From an uncultured Fibrobacterota bacterium (GTDB lineage Bacteria; Fibrobacterota; Chitinivibrionia; Chitinivibrionales; WJKA01), in assembly GCA_964571815.1 (NCBI GenBank), contig CAZNDN010000002.1:4246-68245 (forward strand): DNA of 64,000 nucleotides, written 5' to 3'. Shown in pieces: positions 8,783-18,301 of this stretch. The number at the start of each line of letters is the position of its first letter. The stretch's first letter is position 1. The position numbers and the translations under genes are program-made. The notes beneath the pieces were generated by a model. That model ran no database searches and had not been told where the DNA came from. It worked only from the letters and a program-made list of their open reading frames with translations.

Positions 8783-9445
8783 CTATCGCAGCGGAAAGCC
8801 GCAGCCGATCCTCAGGCTCGTACTGCCCCCGCTGAATCGTCGAAGCGCCGAGTTGCTTTCCTTCTGTATCTGCAAATGAATATCGATGCTGCTCCAGGCC
8901 ATGTCCAGCGGGAGGAGAACAAACAAAAAGAACGGATACCCGTAGAACCCTTTTCCCTTCATTTCGGCGATGAGGGCAAACGTGCCGTATCCCGCAAAGC
9001 TCAGAGCGCCGACAGCCATGGCACCACCCTTGAGATACTGCTTCCGCTTCAACTGGTGAAAGCCGGGAAGAAAGAAGTTGTGTACCACCGCCCACTGCTC
9101 CTGAGAAGGGCCCGCCGAGGAATTGTAACGCATATCATCATTGGTAAGTCCCCTCCGCCTGTTTGCCAGCCACTCTTCCCGGCTCAAGTGAAGTTCTTTC
9201 CAGGGCTCGCTGAAAAACTCCGTCATGGTTACTCCGGCCCCCAGGATCCTCTCCACCGTTTCCATGGACATTCCCGATTCCTGAATCTGCTGCCACTCCT
9301 TCATCGACAAACCCAATTTATCGGCCCGGTCTCGCTCCGAATCCCATTCCCTCTTCACGAGGGGATCGCCCGGTTGAGCGGCAGCCGGGCCGCAGAAGCA
9401 GACCAGTGCCGAGCCGAGAAGCCACAGCCGGCACCGCTTCACCAT
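8783..9445 (-). CDS. Hypothetical membrane protein with signal peptide
   Basis: Signal-like N-terminus from ATG 9445, short helical repeats (GLSMKEW/GVTMTEF/HLSREEW), FFLPGFHQ motif and two C-terminal hydrophobic helices. Confidence 0.7.
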   Translation of the reverse strand: MVKRCRLWLLGSALVCFCGPAAAQPGDPLVKREWDSERDRADKLGLSMKEWQQIQESGMSMETVERILGAGVTMTEFFSEPWKELHLSREEWLANRRRGLTNDDMRYNSSAGPSQEQWAVVHNFFLPGFHQLKRKQYLKGGAMAVGALSFAGYGTFALIAEMKGKGFYGYPFFLFVLLPLDMAWSSIDIHLQIQKESNSALRRFSGGSTSLRIGCGFPLR

Positions 9446-9846
9446 CCCCTGTGGTGGAAATATGCATGGCGGATTCCGCGTCGGCAACCTTCCCCCTACT
9501 CGAGACTTTCCGCTTCCCGGGTCTGCAGCAACCGAAGAACGGCGTTTTCCAGTATAGTAGACCAGGCCCGCGATACAGCAGCCGGAGTCGACTCACACCA
9601 TGCACCGCACGCCCGGACCCTCTCAAGCTGTCGGATACAACTCACCACCGCCCGTTGGAACAAGAGCGAATGTGAAACACAGCATCACTGCCGTCGGGCA
9701 TCCATCGACGATCTTCGCATCCAGGCCAATCCGTGAAAAATACATTCCCCGGTCTGTTCCACGCACAGGAACACATGTCGGCCTGTGTGAACTCCCGCTC
9801 GATCGGCTCAGACTTTTGAACATCCCGCGGTGCAACGAACCCCGGC

Positions 9847-10188
9847 TCAGCAGGTAAGATGAAAACAGGCCGCGGTAGGAACCGAGCGATCCCGCTCGTT
9901 GTAGAACCGTACTGCCTTCCCGGTAGGAGCGGACTGAAGAAGGATGCCCTTCTTCTCCAATTGCCGTTCCAACTCAGGCGCCGGCTTCATCAGCCCGTAA
10001 GCACCCGTTCCGGCCACAACTAATCGGGGGCGGCTCGCAATCACCGCCTCGATATCCTCTCGTAGGAGGCAGTGTCCCCTCGTGCGTCACCATGCGCCCT
10101 CCACGCTTCCATCGGGAAAAATGATAATGTCGGAGCGATACACTCGCCCCGCCACCTTGATGAACCCGAATCGATACTCCTCAATCAT
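9847..10188 (-). pseudogene. Mth938-like (AAMDC family) gene interrupted by an in-frame TGA
   Basis: One frame: MIEEYRFGFIKVAG...AW-TGA-RTRGHCL..EDI...VAGTGAYG...FHLTC. TGA at 10087-10089. Confidence 0.85.
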
Positions 10189-10231
10189 GGTCTCAAAACC
10201 TGTTTGAAGAAAAGGGATTGTGCGGAAACAA

Positions 10232-10272
10232 CCGCACGGAACCCGCTCGATTCTCGAGCGGGTTCCGTGCGG
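10232..10272. repeat. Perfect 19 bp inverted repeat with 3 nt loop
   Basis: CCGCACGGAACCCGCTCGA-TTC-TCGAGCGGGTTCCGTGCGG. Confidence 0.9.
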
Positions 10273-10465
10273 GCCGGCGGGGCAGGCCCGCCACGCAAAA
10301 CTGGCATTTGGGACCATGCCCGCGCAAGCGAACGGCCGTTGGAGTCAAGCGGCGGGTGAGCGGGGTGTCGGGTGTAGTATTTTTTACAGTTCGTCGGTTC
10401 CGGCACCGCATCGTCCGGTCCCGCACACTACCATCGGCCAGGCTGCCCCGGCAGGAGATGCGAAC

Positions 10466-12277
10466 GTGAGCACGACCCGGAACATCAGGAACTTCTCAAT
10501 CATTGCCCACATCGACCATGGAAAATCAACCATTGCCGATCGGTTTCTGGAAATCACGGGAACCGTGGACAAGCTCAAGATGCAGGACCAGTTCCTCGAC
10601 GCCATGGATCTGGAGCGGGAGCGAGGCATTACGATCAAATCGCATCCTATTCGCATGGAATACCGGGCGGACGACGGCGAGGTCTATCAACTGAATCTCA
10701 TTGATACGCCGGGGCATATCGATTTTTCATACGAAGTCTCCAAATCCCTGGCGGCCTGTGAGGGCGCAATCCTTGTTGTGGACGCCACTCAGGGGATTGA
10801 GGCACAAACGCTGACCAACATTTACCTCGCGCTTGATCAGGACCTGACCATTGTTCCCGTAATCAATAAGATCGACCTGCCCTCTGCTCATCCGGACAAC
10901 GTTGCCACGCAGATCAGTGAACTTCTGGGCGTAGAGAAATCGGACTGTACCCTCTGCAGCGCGAAATCCGGTGAGGGAATTGCCGAAATTCTCCACCGCA
11001 TCGTGAAGGAAATACCGCCTCCCCGGGAAGAGTCCGGCGCTCCCCTGCGTGCCCTTATTTTCGATTCGTTGTACGATCCATTCAAGGGAGCCGTCGCGTA
11101 CGTGCGGATCTTCGACGGAGTTGCCCGCCGGGGAGAAAGGGTCCGATTCTTCGCTCATGACCGCGAGTACGAGATCTCCGAAGTCGGGCATTTTCGGATT
11201 TCCCGCATACCCGATGAGCAACTCAACGTTGGGGAAGTGGGATACGTTGTCGCCAATATCAAGAGCGTGGAGGGAACGAAGATCGGCGACACAATCACGA
11301 CGGTCCGCGGGGGCGCTGAAAGTCCGATCGGCGGTTACAAAGAGGTCAAGCCCATGGTTTTCAGCGGAATATACCCGGTCGAAAAGGATGACTATGAAGG
11401 TCTCAGGGCGGCCCTTGACAAGCTACAGCTCAACGATGGGTCGATTTCGTTCGAACCTGAAACGTCGAATGCACTCGGGTTCGGCTTTCGTGCCGGTTTC
11501 TCCGGGTTGCTTCACATGGAAGTCGTCCAGGAACGGCTCTTCTCGGAATACGGCGTCAACATCATAACTACCCTGCCCAACGTTCAATACCGGGTGGTCC
11601 TGGCCGACGGAACCGAGAAATCCATAGAGAGCCCCGCCGAGCTTCCCGAGGCTCAGTACGTTAAGTCGATTCTGGAGCCGCTGTCCCGTGTTCAAATCGT
11701 GACACCTTCGGACTATGTCGGCGCCGTAATGAAACTGGCCGAACAACGACGAGGCAAGATGATAACCATGGAATACCTTGAGCCTACTCGTGTGTGTCTG
11801 CATTACCACCTTCCGCTCTCCGAGCTGATCATCGACTTCTTCGACAAGCTCAAGAGCTGCAGTCGAGGCTATGCATCCATGGATTACGAATTCTCGGGCT
11901 TTCAGGAGGGCAATCTCGTCAGGGTGAACATCCTGCTCAACGGCTCTCCGGTCGATGCTTTTTCCTCAATCGTGCACCGGGACCAGAGCTATGCCTATGG
12001 TCGCGAAATCACCTCCCGGCTGAAAAGGCTTATCCCTCGACAGGCTTACGAAGTGGCGATCCAGGCATCAATCGGCTCTCGGGTCATCGCTCGAACCACG
12101 GTCAAGCCCTTTCGCAAAGACGTTACCGCCAAATGCTACGGTGGCGACGTCACACGGAAACGAAAACTGCTGGAGAAGCAGAAGGAAGGCAAGAAGCGCA
12201 TGAAGCACGTCGGAAACGTGGAGATTCCCCAGGAAGCATTTCTCGCCGTCGTACAAAGAGGACAGAAGCCGTCATGA
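10466..12277 (+). CDS. lepA: Translation elongation factor 4
   Basis: IRNFSIIAHIDHGKST, RERGITIK, DTPGHIDF, KCYGGDVTRKRKLLEKQKEGK. Likely GTG start at 10466. Confidence 0.98.
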   Translation: MSTTRNIRNFSIIAHIDHGKSTIADRFLEITGTVDKLKMQDQFLDAMDLERERGITIKSHPIRMEYRADDGEVYQLNLIDTPGHIDFSYEVSKSLAACEGAILVVDATQGIEAQTLTNIYLALDQDLTIVPVINKIDLPSAHPDNVATQISELLGVEKSDCTLCSAKSGEGIAEILHRIVKEIPPPREESGAPLRALIFDSLYDPFKGAVAYVRIFDGVARRGERVRFFAHDREYEISEVGHFRISRIPDEQLNVGEVGYVVANIKSVEGTKIGDTITTVRGGAESPIGGYKEVKPMVFSGIYPVEKDDYEGLRAALDKLQLNDGSISFEPETSNALGFGFRAGFSGLLHMEVVQERLFSEYGVNIITTLPNVQYRVVLADGTEKSIESPAELPEAQYVKSILEPLSRVQIVTPSDYVGAVMKLAEQRRGKMITMEYLEPTRVCLHYHLPLSELIIDFFDKLKSCSRGYASMDYEFSGFQEGNLVRVNILLNGSPVDAFSSIVHRDQSYAYGREITSRLKRLIPRQAYEVAIQASIGSRVIARTTVKPFRKDVTAKCYGGDVTRKRKLLEKQKEGKKRMKHVGNVEIPQEAFLAVVQRGQKPS

Positions 12278-13227
12278 ACAGTAACACTTCCGCACCTGAG
12301 CCCGGGGATGCTTTGACCGTTGGTTTCAAGATAACGACCAGACTCCTTCTGGTGCTGGTCCTGGCCCTCCTGCTGAAAACGTGGTGTGTGGATACAGTGA
12401 AGGTCAAGACGGCACAGATGTCGCCGGCAATCCTCAAGGGGGACAGGATTCTGCTCTTCCGCCTCGGATACGGAAGTTCCCCGGGGGGAGTTGCCGGCCC
12501 GCGCGCGAACCAGGTGGCGGTATTCAGTGATCCGGGCCGGCCTCAAGAGTACCGATGCCTCAGGGTTGTCGGGCTGGGAGGAGATTCCGTTGAGATCATC
12601 GACGGGAAATTCGTCAATCGTTCCCGGGAACTGAAAAACTCCTATGGACTCGACGAATCCGAAGAATTGCTGCCGGCCTCATATTCACCCAGAGACCATA
12701 TGGCGCCCTACCGGGTACCGCGCAAGGGAGATCACTTCCTACTTGACTCGCTTACTCTCAGGGATCTGGTATTCCTCGCCCTGATCATCAGGCATGAAAA
12801 TCCGAAGAAACAGTATTACCTTCGGCCCCTGGTGTATGAAGATGGAGAGCCCGTGCAGGACTGCGACCTCAGCGAGTTCACGCTCTACAAGGGTTCGATT
12901 GACTCCATTCCCGACAACCTGGCCTTCGACGCCTACTTCTGGCAACGGTTGCGGGAATACCTCAGTCGGCGAAGCGAAGCCGGGGAACTCAATCTGACGC
13001 TCTGGCTGGAAGAAGACGGGAATCACGTTGCCGAATACCGCGTGAAGCAATCGTATATTTTTCTTCTTGCCGATAACTGGAAAACAGGATACGATTCCCG
13101 CTACTTCGGCCCCGTCGGCACGACCACCCTTCGGGGCAGGGCGCTGTGCGTTTTGTGGTCGTGGGACGATACCACCGCGGGACCGGCTTCCCTTCGGGCA
13201 GGCAGGATTGTGAAGCTGATCAGGTAA
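12274..13227 (+). CDS. Signal peptidase I (S26) homolog, apparently non-catalytic
   Basis: lepB position with 4 nt overlap; TM helix; box B-like TAQMSPAILKGD, box D-like CLRVVGLGGD, box E LADN...YDSRYFG. Confidence 0.85.
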   Translation: MNSNTSAPEPGDALTVGFKITTRLLLVLVLALLLKTWCVDTVKVKTAQMSPAILKGDRILLFRLGYGSSPGGVAGPRANQVAVFSDPGRPQEYRCLRVVGLGGDSVEIIDGKFVNRSRELKNSYGLDESEELLPASYSPRDHMAPYRVPRKGDHFLLDSLTLRDLVFLALIIRHENPKKQYYLRPLVYEDGEPVQDCDLSEFTLYKGSIDSIPDNLAFDAYFWQRLREYLSRRSEAGELNLTLWLEEDGNHVAEYRVKQSYIFLLADNWKTGYDSRYFGPVGTTTLRGRALCVLWSWDDTTAGPASLRAGRIVKLIR

Positions 13228-13251
13228 TCATTCGGGCACAGGTTTGAGCAA

Positions 13252-14454
13252 GTGAGAAAAGCACGAACAAAGAGGGCCTATTTCGGCCGTTTCGGAGGGC
13301 AGTTCGCCCCGGAGACGCTCATGCCGGCGCTGCATGAACTGCAGACCGCATTTGCGGCCTTTAGAGGCGACCCGACGGCCCGCGAGGAGTACCGGAGACT
13401 TCTTCGAGATTACAACGGGCGGCCTACGCCGCTGTATTTTGCCGAAAGCCTCACGCGAAAGCTCGGCGGAGCCAGGATATATCTCAAACGAGAAGACCTC
13501 AACCATACGGGTGCTCACAAGATCACCAACTCGCTCGGCCAATCTCTGCTTGCCCGACACATGGGCAAGAAGCGGCTCATTGCCGAAACAGGTGCGGGAC
13601 AGCACGGTGTCGCGGTTGCCACCGCCGCGGCCCTTCTGGGCATGCGTTGCGATGTCTACATGGGCACGGTTGACATGGCGCGCCAGCGTCCCAACGTCTT
13701 CCGAATGGAGCTTCTCGGCAGCAAGGTGGTGGAAGTGGACGCCGGGGGCAAGACGTTGAAGGATGCCGTCAACGAATCAATGCGGGATTGGACGCGCACC
13801 GTGCGCGACACGCACTATGTACTTGGCTCTTCGGTCGGCCCCCACCCCTTCCCCGCCATTGTCAGATACTTCCAATCCATAATCGGCAGGGAAACGAAAC
13901 GTCAGATCGTCGGGAAAGAGGGGAGGCTGCCCGACGAAGTAGTCGCGTGCGTCGGGGGAGGCTCCAACGCAATCGGCATGTTCAGCGCCTTCATTCCTTT
14001 CGAATCAGTGAAGCTCACCGGCGTCGAAGCGGGAGGAAAGGGCTTGCGGGGGACGCGGCACGCGACACGGCTCACTCCAACTTCGTACTCGCGTGAGGGG
14101 GTCTTGCACGGTTCATATTCCTACGTTCTTCAAGATCGGCACGGACAGATAGGAACTACGCACTCGGTGTCGGCGGGGCTGGACTACAGCGGCGTGGGGC
14201 CTGAGCATTCCCACCTTTACGAAACCGGGAGAGCACACTACGACTACGCCACGGACCGGGAGGCAATGGAGGCGTTTCGCACGCTGAGTGAGTACGAAGG
14301 GATTATTCCCGCGCTTGAATCGGCTCACGCCGTGGCGTATGCGATGAAGAGGGCTCCGCGCATGTCCCGCAAGCAGATAATGGTCGTGAATCTCTCCGGT
14401 CGCGGAGACAAAGACATTTTTCATGCAGCCGAATACATGGGTTTGACAATATGA
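13252..14454 (+). CDS. trpB: Tryptophan synthase beta chain
   Basis: [13 protein letters not shown] (PLP lysine), [34 protein letters not shown]. Confidence 0.98.
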   Translation: MRKARTKRAYFGRFGGQFAPETLMPALHELQTAFAAFRGDPTAREEYRRLLRDYNGRPTPLYFAESLTRKLGGARIYLKREDLNHTGAHKITNSLGQSLLARHMGKKRLIAETGAGQHGVAVATAAALLGMRCDVYMGTVDMARQRPNVFRMELLGSKVVEVDAGGKTLKDAVNESMRDWTRTVRDTHYVLGSSVGPHPFPAIVRYFQSIIGRETKRQIVGKEGRLPDEVVACVGGGSNAIGMFSAFIPFESVKLTGVEAGGKGLRGTRHATRLTPTSYSREGVLHGSYSYVLQDRHGQIGTTHSVSAGLDYSGVGPEHSHLYETGRAHYDYATDREAMEAFRTLSEYEGIIPALESAHAVAYAMKRAPRMSRKQIMVVNLSGRGDKDIFHAAEYMGLTI

Positions 14455-15251
14455 ACCGATATCGGCGAACATTCGAGCAACTGAGGCAGCGCGGGGAGAC
14501 CGCGTTCATTCCCTTTGCGGTAGCGGGGGACCCCGACATTGCCACCAGCGAAGCTGTCTTTGCGACGTATGTCGATCACGGCGCCGATATTCTGGAAATC
14601 GGCTACCCGTTTTCAGATCCCATAGCCGACGGTCCCGTGAATCAGCGGGCCGCGGCCAGAGCAATCGCCGCGGGGTTGACACCGGCTCGGTTCTTCCGAC
14701 TGCTTCGCGGAATTCGTGCTCGCACGGATATCCCCATGGGATTACTTCTGTATACGAACACGATCATGCACTCGGGAGTCGAAACCTTCTGTTCCCGCGC
14801 CGCGGATGCCGGTGTGGACAGTCTCCTGGTGGCGGATCAACCGCCCGAGGAATCGGGCGAATTGACCAGCGTTATGAAACGACACGGTCTCTCCACCGTG
14901 CATATCGTGAGCGAGTTGACTCCCCCGGAGAGGATCCGGCGTATCTGTCGGAGTGTTGACGGTTTTGTTTACGTAGTCAGCCGTCTCGGCCCCACGGGTA
15001 CGCAATCGGATTTCAGCAGCACGGTCGCGGAAACGCTGCGGCGGCTTCGCGCACATTCCGAACTTCCGCTCTGCGTCGGTTTTGGCATTTCAACGCCCGA
15101 ACACGTCGGGGCGGTGAAGAGGGCGGGGGCCGACGGAGCAGTGGTGGGAAGCGCCCTTGTCAGGTTGATCGAAGAGAACCCGAAGGGAGGCAAGCGTTTG
15201 CTCTCCGAACTGGGACGTCGCGTCGCCGCGTACAAACGAGCAACGAGGTGA
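14451..15251 (+). CDS. trpA: Tryptophan synthase alpha chain
   Basis: [41 protein letters not shown]. Confidence 0.97.
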   Translation: MNRYRRTFEQLRQRGETAFIPFAVAGDPDIATSEAVFATYVDHGADILEIGYPFSDPIADGPVNQRAAARAIAAGLTPARFFRLLRGIRARTDIPMGLLLYTNTIMHSGVETFCSRAADAGVDSLLVADQPPEESGELTSVMKRHGLSTVHIVSELTPPERIRRICRSVDGFVYVVSRLGPTGTQSDFSSTVAETLRRLRAHSELPLCVGFGISTPEHVGAVKRAGADGAVVGSALVRLIEENPKGGKRLLSELGRRVAAYKRATR

Positions 15252-15994
15252 AGGGAAACATGCAAACGCCCGATCTTTCTTCAGTCTCCTCCGCACTGGA
15301 AGCTCTGGAGGAGACAATCGTCTCGAAGCTCATCGACCGCGCTCAGTTCAGGCACAACATTCGGGTGTATGAACCCGGACGCAGCGGGTTCGCCGAAGAG
15401 GAGCATGTGAGTCTGCTTGATCTTCGACTTCGATTTCAGGAACACATGGACGCGGAATTCGGAAGGTTTGAGGTCCCCGAAGAGCGTCCGTTCAACACCA
15501 ACCTGCCCGAGCCGAAACGCAACGTACGGGTCCGGGAAACCGGATTGCACCTAAACGGCTACAACTGCATCAACCTCACTCCGCATATCAAAGACAGCTA
15601 CCTGGCTCTCGTTCCATGCATCTGCCGGCCCGGCGACGACGGTCAGTACGGATCAAGCGTGGAGCATGATGTCTATGCACTACAGGCCGTTTCACGCAGG
15701 ATACACTTCGGAGCAATGTACGTTGCCGAATGCAAGTATCAGCAGCACCCGCGAAAATGGGGTGCACTGATCGCCCGGGGAAACGTCGAAGGTCTGTGGG
15801 AAGCTCTCACGCGCAAAGACGTGGAACGTGCGATACTGGCACGCGTGGGAGACAAAGTTGCCCGCGCCCAGAGCCTGGTCAATACGAAGGTCAGACATAC
15901 GATTGATCCGGAAGTCGTTCTTCGGTACTACCGCAACCATATCATCCCCCGTACCAAAGAGGGAGAGGTCCTGTACCTGCTGAATCGACGGTAG
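15248..15994 (+). CDS. Chorismate mutase, yeast/plant (Aro7-like) type
   Basis: LEETIVSKLIDRAQF, FGRFEVPEERPF, DVYALQAVSRRIHFG, VAECKY, IIPRTKEGEVLYLL. Confidence 0.88.
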   Translation: MKGNMQTPDLSSVSSALEALEETIVSKLIDRAQFRHNIRVYEPGRSGFAEEEHVSLLDLRLRFQEHMDAEFGRFEVPEERPFNTNLPEPKRNVRVRETGLHLNGYNCINLTPHIKDSYLALVPCICRPGDDGQYGSSVEHDVYALQAVSRRIHFGAMYVAECKYQQHPRKWGALIARGNVEGLWEALTRKDVERAILARVGDKVARAQSLVNTKVRHTIDPEVVLRYYRNHIIPRTKEGEVLYLLNRR

Positions 15995-16029
15995 AAGACT
16001 GTTGCGCTTTCCGCGGGTGATCGCTGCCC

Positions 16030-17526
16030 TCACAGCAGTTTCAGAAACCTGGAAGGCTCCAGTTTTCTCCGCCTTCCGTACAGCTCTTTTTCCTTCACCG
16101 ACACCAGGAAAAGTCTCTCGCCGGCCCGGGTAAGCCCCACGTAGAAAAGCCGCCGTTCCTCCTCCAGATCACACTCCGTCCGGAGCTCAGCCCCCTTTCT
16201 GCCTGTCTTGCTCATCCACCCGGCCGGAAACAGACTTTTTCGCGGCCGGAGCGACGAAAGGCTGTAGTGCGGGAGAAGCCCCTCCTCCAGGTCACAGAGG
16301 AATACCACGGGAAATTCCAACCCCTTCGCCGCATGAATCGTAAGCACATGAGGCTGGAGAGCCCCGTCGGACAAGCCGGGAACCAGCCGTTGACGTGCCC
16401 ATTCTCTGGTGGTATTCAGACGGAACAGCAAGGCCAGGTCCGAGGCGACGATTTCGTGGTCCCGGTACAACCGTCGGGCAGCCTCGCCCATCTTCGCAAC
16501 CATTTCCTCCTGGGTTGCACACCGTATCACGTGCGGGCGTACGCCCCGCTCTTTTCGGGATTCCGCAAACCTTCCCGAGCGCAGCACTTTCCGATAGGCA
16601 GGCGGCTTGTTGCGAAAAACTCGATTCGCCGATCGTAGAATGGCGGGACGACTGCGATAATTGGTCTGCAGCTTCACGATCCGTGCGCCATGGAAGACCT
16701 CGGCAAAAGTCAGAGTCGGGCCGATATCGGCCCCTCTGAACGCATAGATCGCCTGATCGTCGTCACCCACGGCAAAAACGCGATTTTCTCCCCGCAGGAG
16801 GCTCTGCAGCATCGCGATCTGAACCGGATTGGTATCCTGGAACTCGTCAACCAGGATCGCCCGAAAACGTCCACCATAATGATCGGCCACATCGGTGTGC
16901 ACCTGGAGAAGCTGCAGTGTTGCGCGGATCATATCGGAGAAATCCCAGCAGCCTCTTTTTTCCTTGCTCAGACGCACTCTGTCGGCAACACGATCGAGCA
17001 ACTCGCGTCCCCCGGGGGTAAGGTACTCCAGACGACTCGGATGAACTTCGCGTGTTGCAAGCAGGTCATCCAGTTTTCGCAGGTCCCCACCCAGGGCTGC
17101 CCGTTCCGCCTTCGATGTGATGTTTCCGAGGCATTGCAGCCGATCCCGTCCGCTCCAGAGCCGCGGAGCCGAGTCGTATCCCTCACGTTGGTAGTTCGGT
17201 ACCCCCCCAACCTGTTCGCGGAGTATCCGGGCTCCAAGTCCATGAAAGGTCGTGACAACAGGAAACCCGCCGTCACCCCGCCGCTCGCCCAGTAACCTGC
17301 CCAGACGCTCGGCCATCTCTCCGGCGGCCTTGCGCGTGAATGTCAGTGCCAGTATACTTTCCTTCTCCAGCCCCGAGAGGCACAGATAGGCTACGCGCCT
17401 CGTCAAGACGGTCGTCTTGCCGCAGCCGGCTCCGGCCAGCACGAGAGTGTGCCGTCCCGCGTCGGCGGTGACAGCGTCGCGCTGCTCGGGATTCAGCCCC
17501 CCCACAATTGCATCAACCGTCAGCAT
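16030..17526 (-). CDS. UvrD/Rep-family SF1 helicase, short form
   Basis: LNPEQ, AGAGCGKTT, LVDEFQD, VGDDDQAIYAFRGA, TNYRS, TIHAAKGLEF, EEERRLFYVGLTRA. Confidence 0.93.
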   Translation of the reverse strand: MLTVDAIVGGLNPEQRDAVTADAGRHTLVLAGAGCGKTTVLTRRVAYLCLSGLEKESILALTFTRKAAGEMAERLGRLLGERRGDGGFPVVTTFHGLGARILREQVGGVPNYQREGYDSAPRLWSGRDRLQCLGNITSKAERAALGGDLRKLDDLLATREVHPSRLEYLTPGGRELLDRVADRVRLSKEKRGCWDFSDMIRATLQLLQVHTDVADHYGGRFRAILVDEFQDTNPVQIAMLQSLLRGENRVFAVGDDDQAIYAFRGADIGPTLTFAEVFHGARIVKLQTNYRSRPAILRSANRVFRNKPPAYRKVLRSGRFAESRKERGVRPHVIRCATQEEMVAKMGEAARRLYRDHEIVASDLALLFRLNTTREWARQRLVPGLSDGALQPHVLTIHAAKGLEFPVVFLCDLEEGLLPHYSLSSLRPRKSLFPAGWMSKTGRKGAELRTECDLEEERRLFYVGLTRAGERLFLVSVKEKELYGRRRKLEPSRFLKLL

Positions 17527-17686
17527 GTCACAAGGTCCCGGCAACAAACCGCTCCGCTTCCGGCCGGGGTGGATTCAATCTTCGGTACGGCGTTTTCGGC
17601 CCGCGGTTTCGCATGATGCCCCTCAAAAACTAATTTATAGGTACTCACGACCCTTTCTCATACGCAACCAGCGGAGCGATTTCACC

Positions 17687-18301
17687 ATGTCGCACACGAT
17701 TATTCGTAAACCGGTCGGGAACTTCTTCATCAAGCGGTCCCTGCAGATGCGTCTGATCACCAAAATCGTCATTGCCGTAGTCGTTTCGACGCTGGTATGT
17801 GTCGGAACCTTGCTCCTCACCTACTTTGTCAAATACCAGGACATCGCCTTCTACCAGGTCATCCTGGATCATAACATGGATATCCCTCCCCGGTTCGACA
17901 TTTTCAGTATCATTGTACCAAGCCTTGTTGTTGCCTCCCTGGTTAACGTGGTTGTCGCCGTCGGCATCGGACTCTACGCTTCGCGGAAGTATGCGGTCCC
18001 TATTTACAAGCTGGAGCAATGGGTCGACCTGCTCAAGCAGGGGAAGATGACCGCGACACTGCAATTCCGAGAGAAAGAGGAATTCAGAGAGCTTTCGAGT
18101 CACTGTAACCAGCTCTCTTCCTCGATGCGCGAGAGGTTTCTGGGAATCAAAAAATCGGTCCAGCAACTGCGCAAACGGGTCGGTGAGAGCGAAGAGCTGA
18201 AAGCCGTCGAGGACCATCTCGAAACCATGCAGTTGGAGATCGGTCCGATCGAAGTTCACACCACCTTCCACCGGATACCCGAAAGCAATGAGGACACTTG
18301 A
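17687..18301 (+). CDS. Two-TM membrane protein with HAMP-like segment
   Basis: Two hydrophobic helices, then SRKYAVPIYKLE...FREKEEFRELS (HAMP-like). ATG at 17687. Confidence 0.7.
   Translation: MSHTIIRKPVGNFFIKRSLQMRLITKIVIAVVVSTLVCVGTLLLTYFVKYQDIAFYQVILDHNMDIPPRFDIFSIIVPSLVVASLVNVVVAVGIGLYASRKYAVPIYKLEQWVDLLKQGKMTATLQFREKEEFRELSSHCNQLSSSMRERFLGIKKSVQQLRKRVGESEELKAVEDHLETMQLEIGPIEVHTTFHRIPESNEDT

Noticed and set aside
8453-9736. 427 aa plus-strand ORF and other long antisense ORFs (e.g. 39427-40539, 52498-53682, 57790-58899)
   Set aside because: Shadow frames opposite well-supported genes in GC-rich DNA; no recognisable motifs.
9790-9830. Second 6S-like motif (minus strand GATGTTC...CTGAGCCGAT...GGGAGTTC)
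   Set aside because: Resembles a 6S 5' strand, but no complementary 3' strand (GAACTCCC, GGCTCAG) could be found downstream.
9847-10188. Genome-wide UGA=Trp recoding (code 4/25)
   Set aside because: Many genes here (LOG, Tex, lepA, trpB, trpA) end in TGA at the expected C-terminus, and no other internal TGA was noticed.
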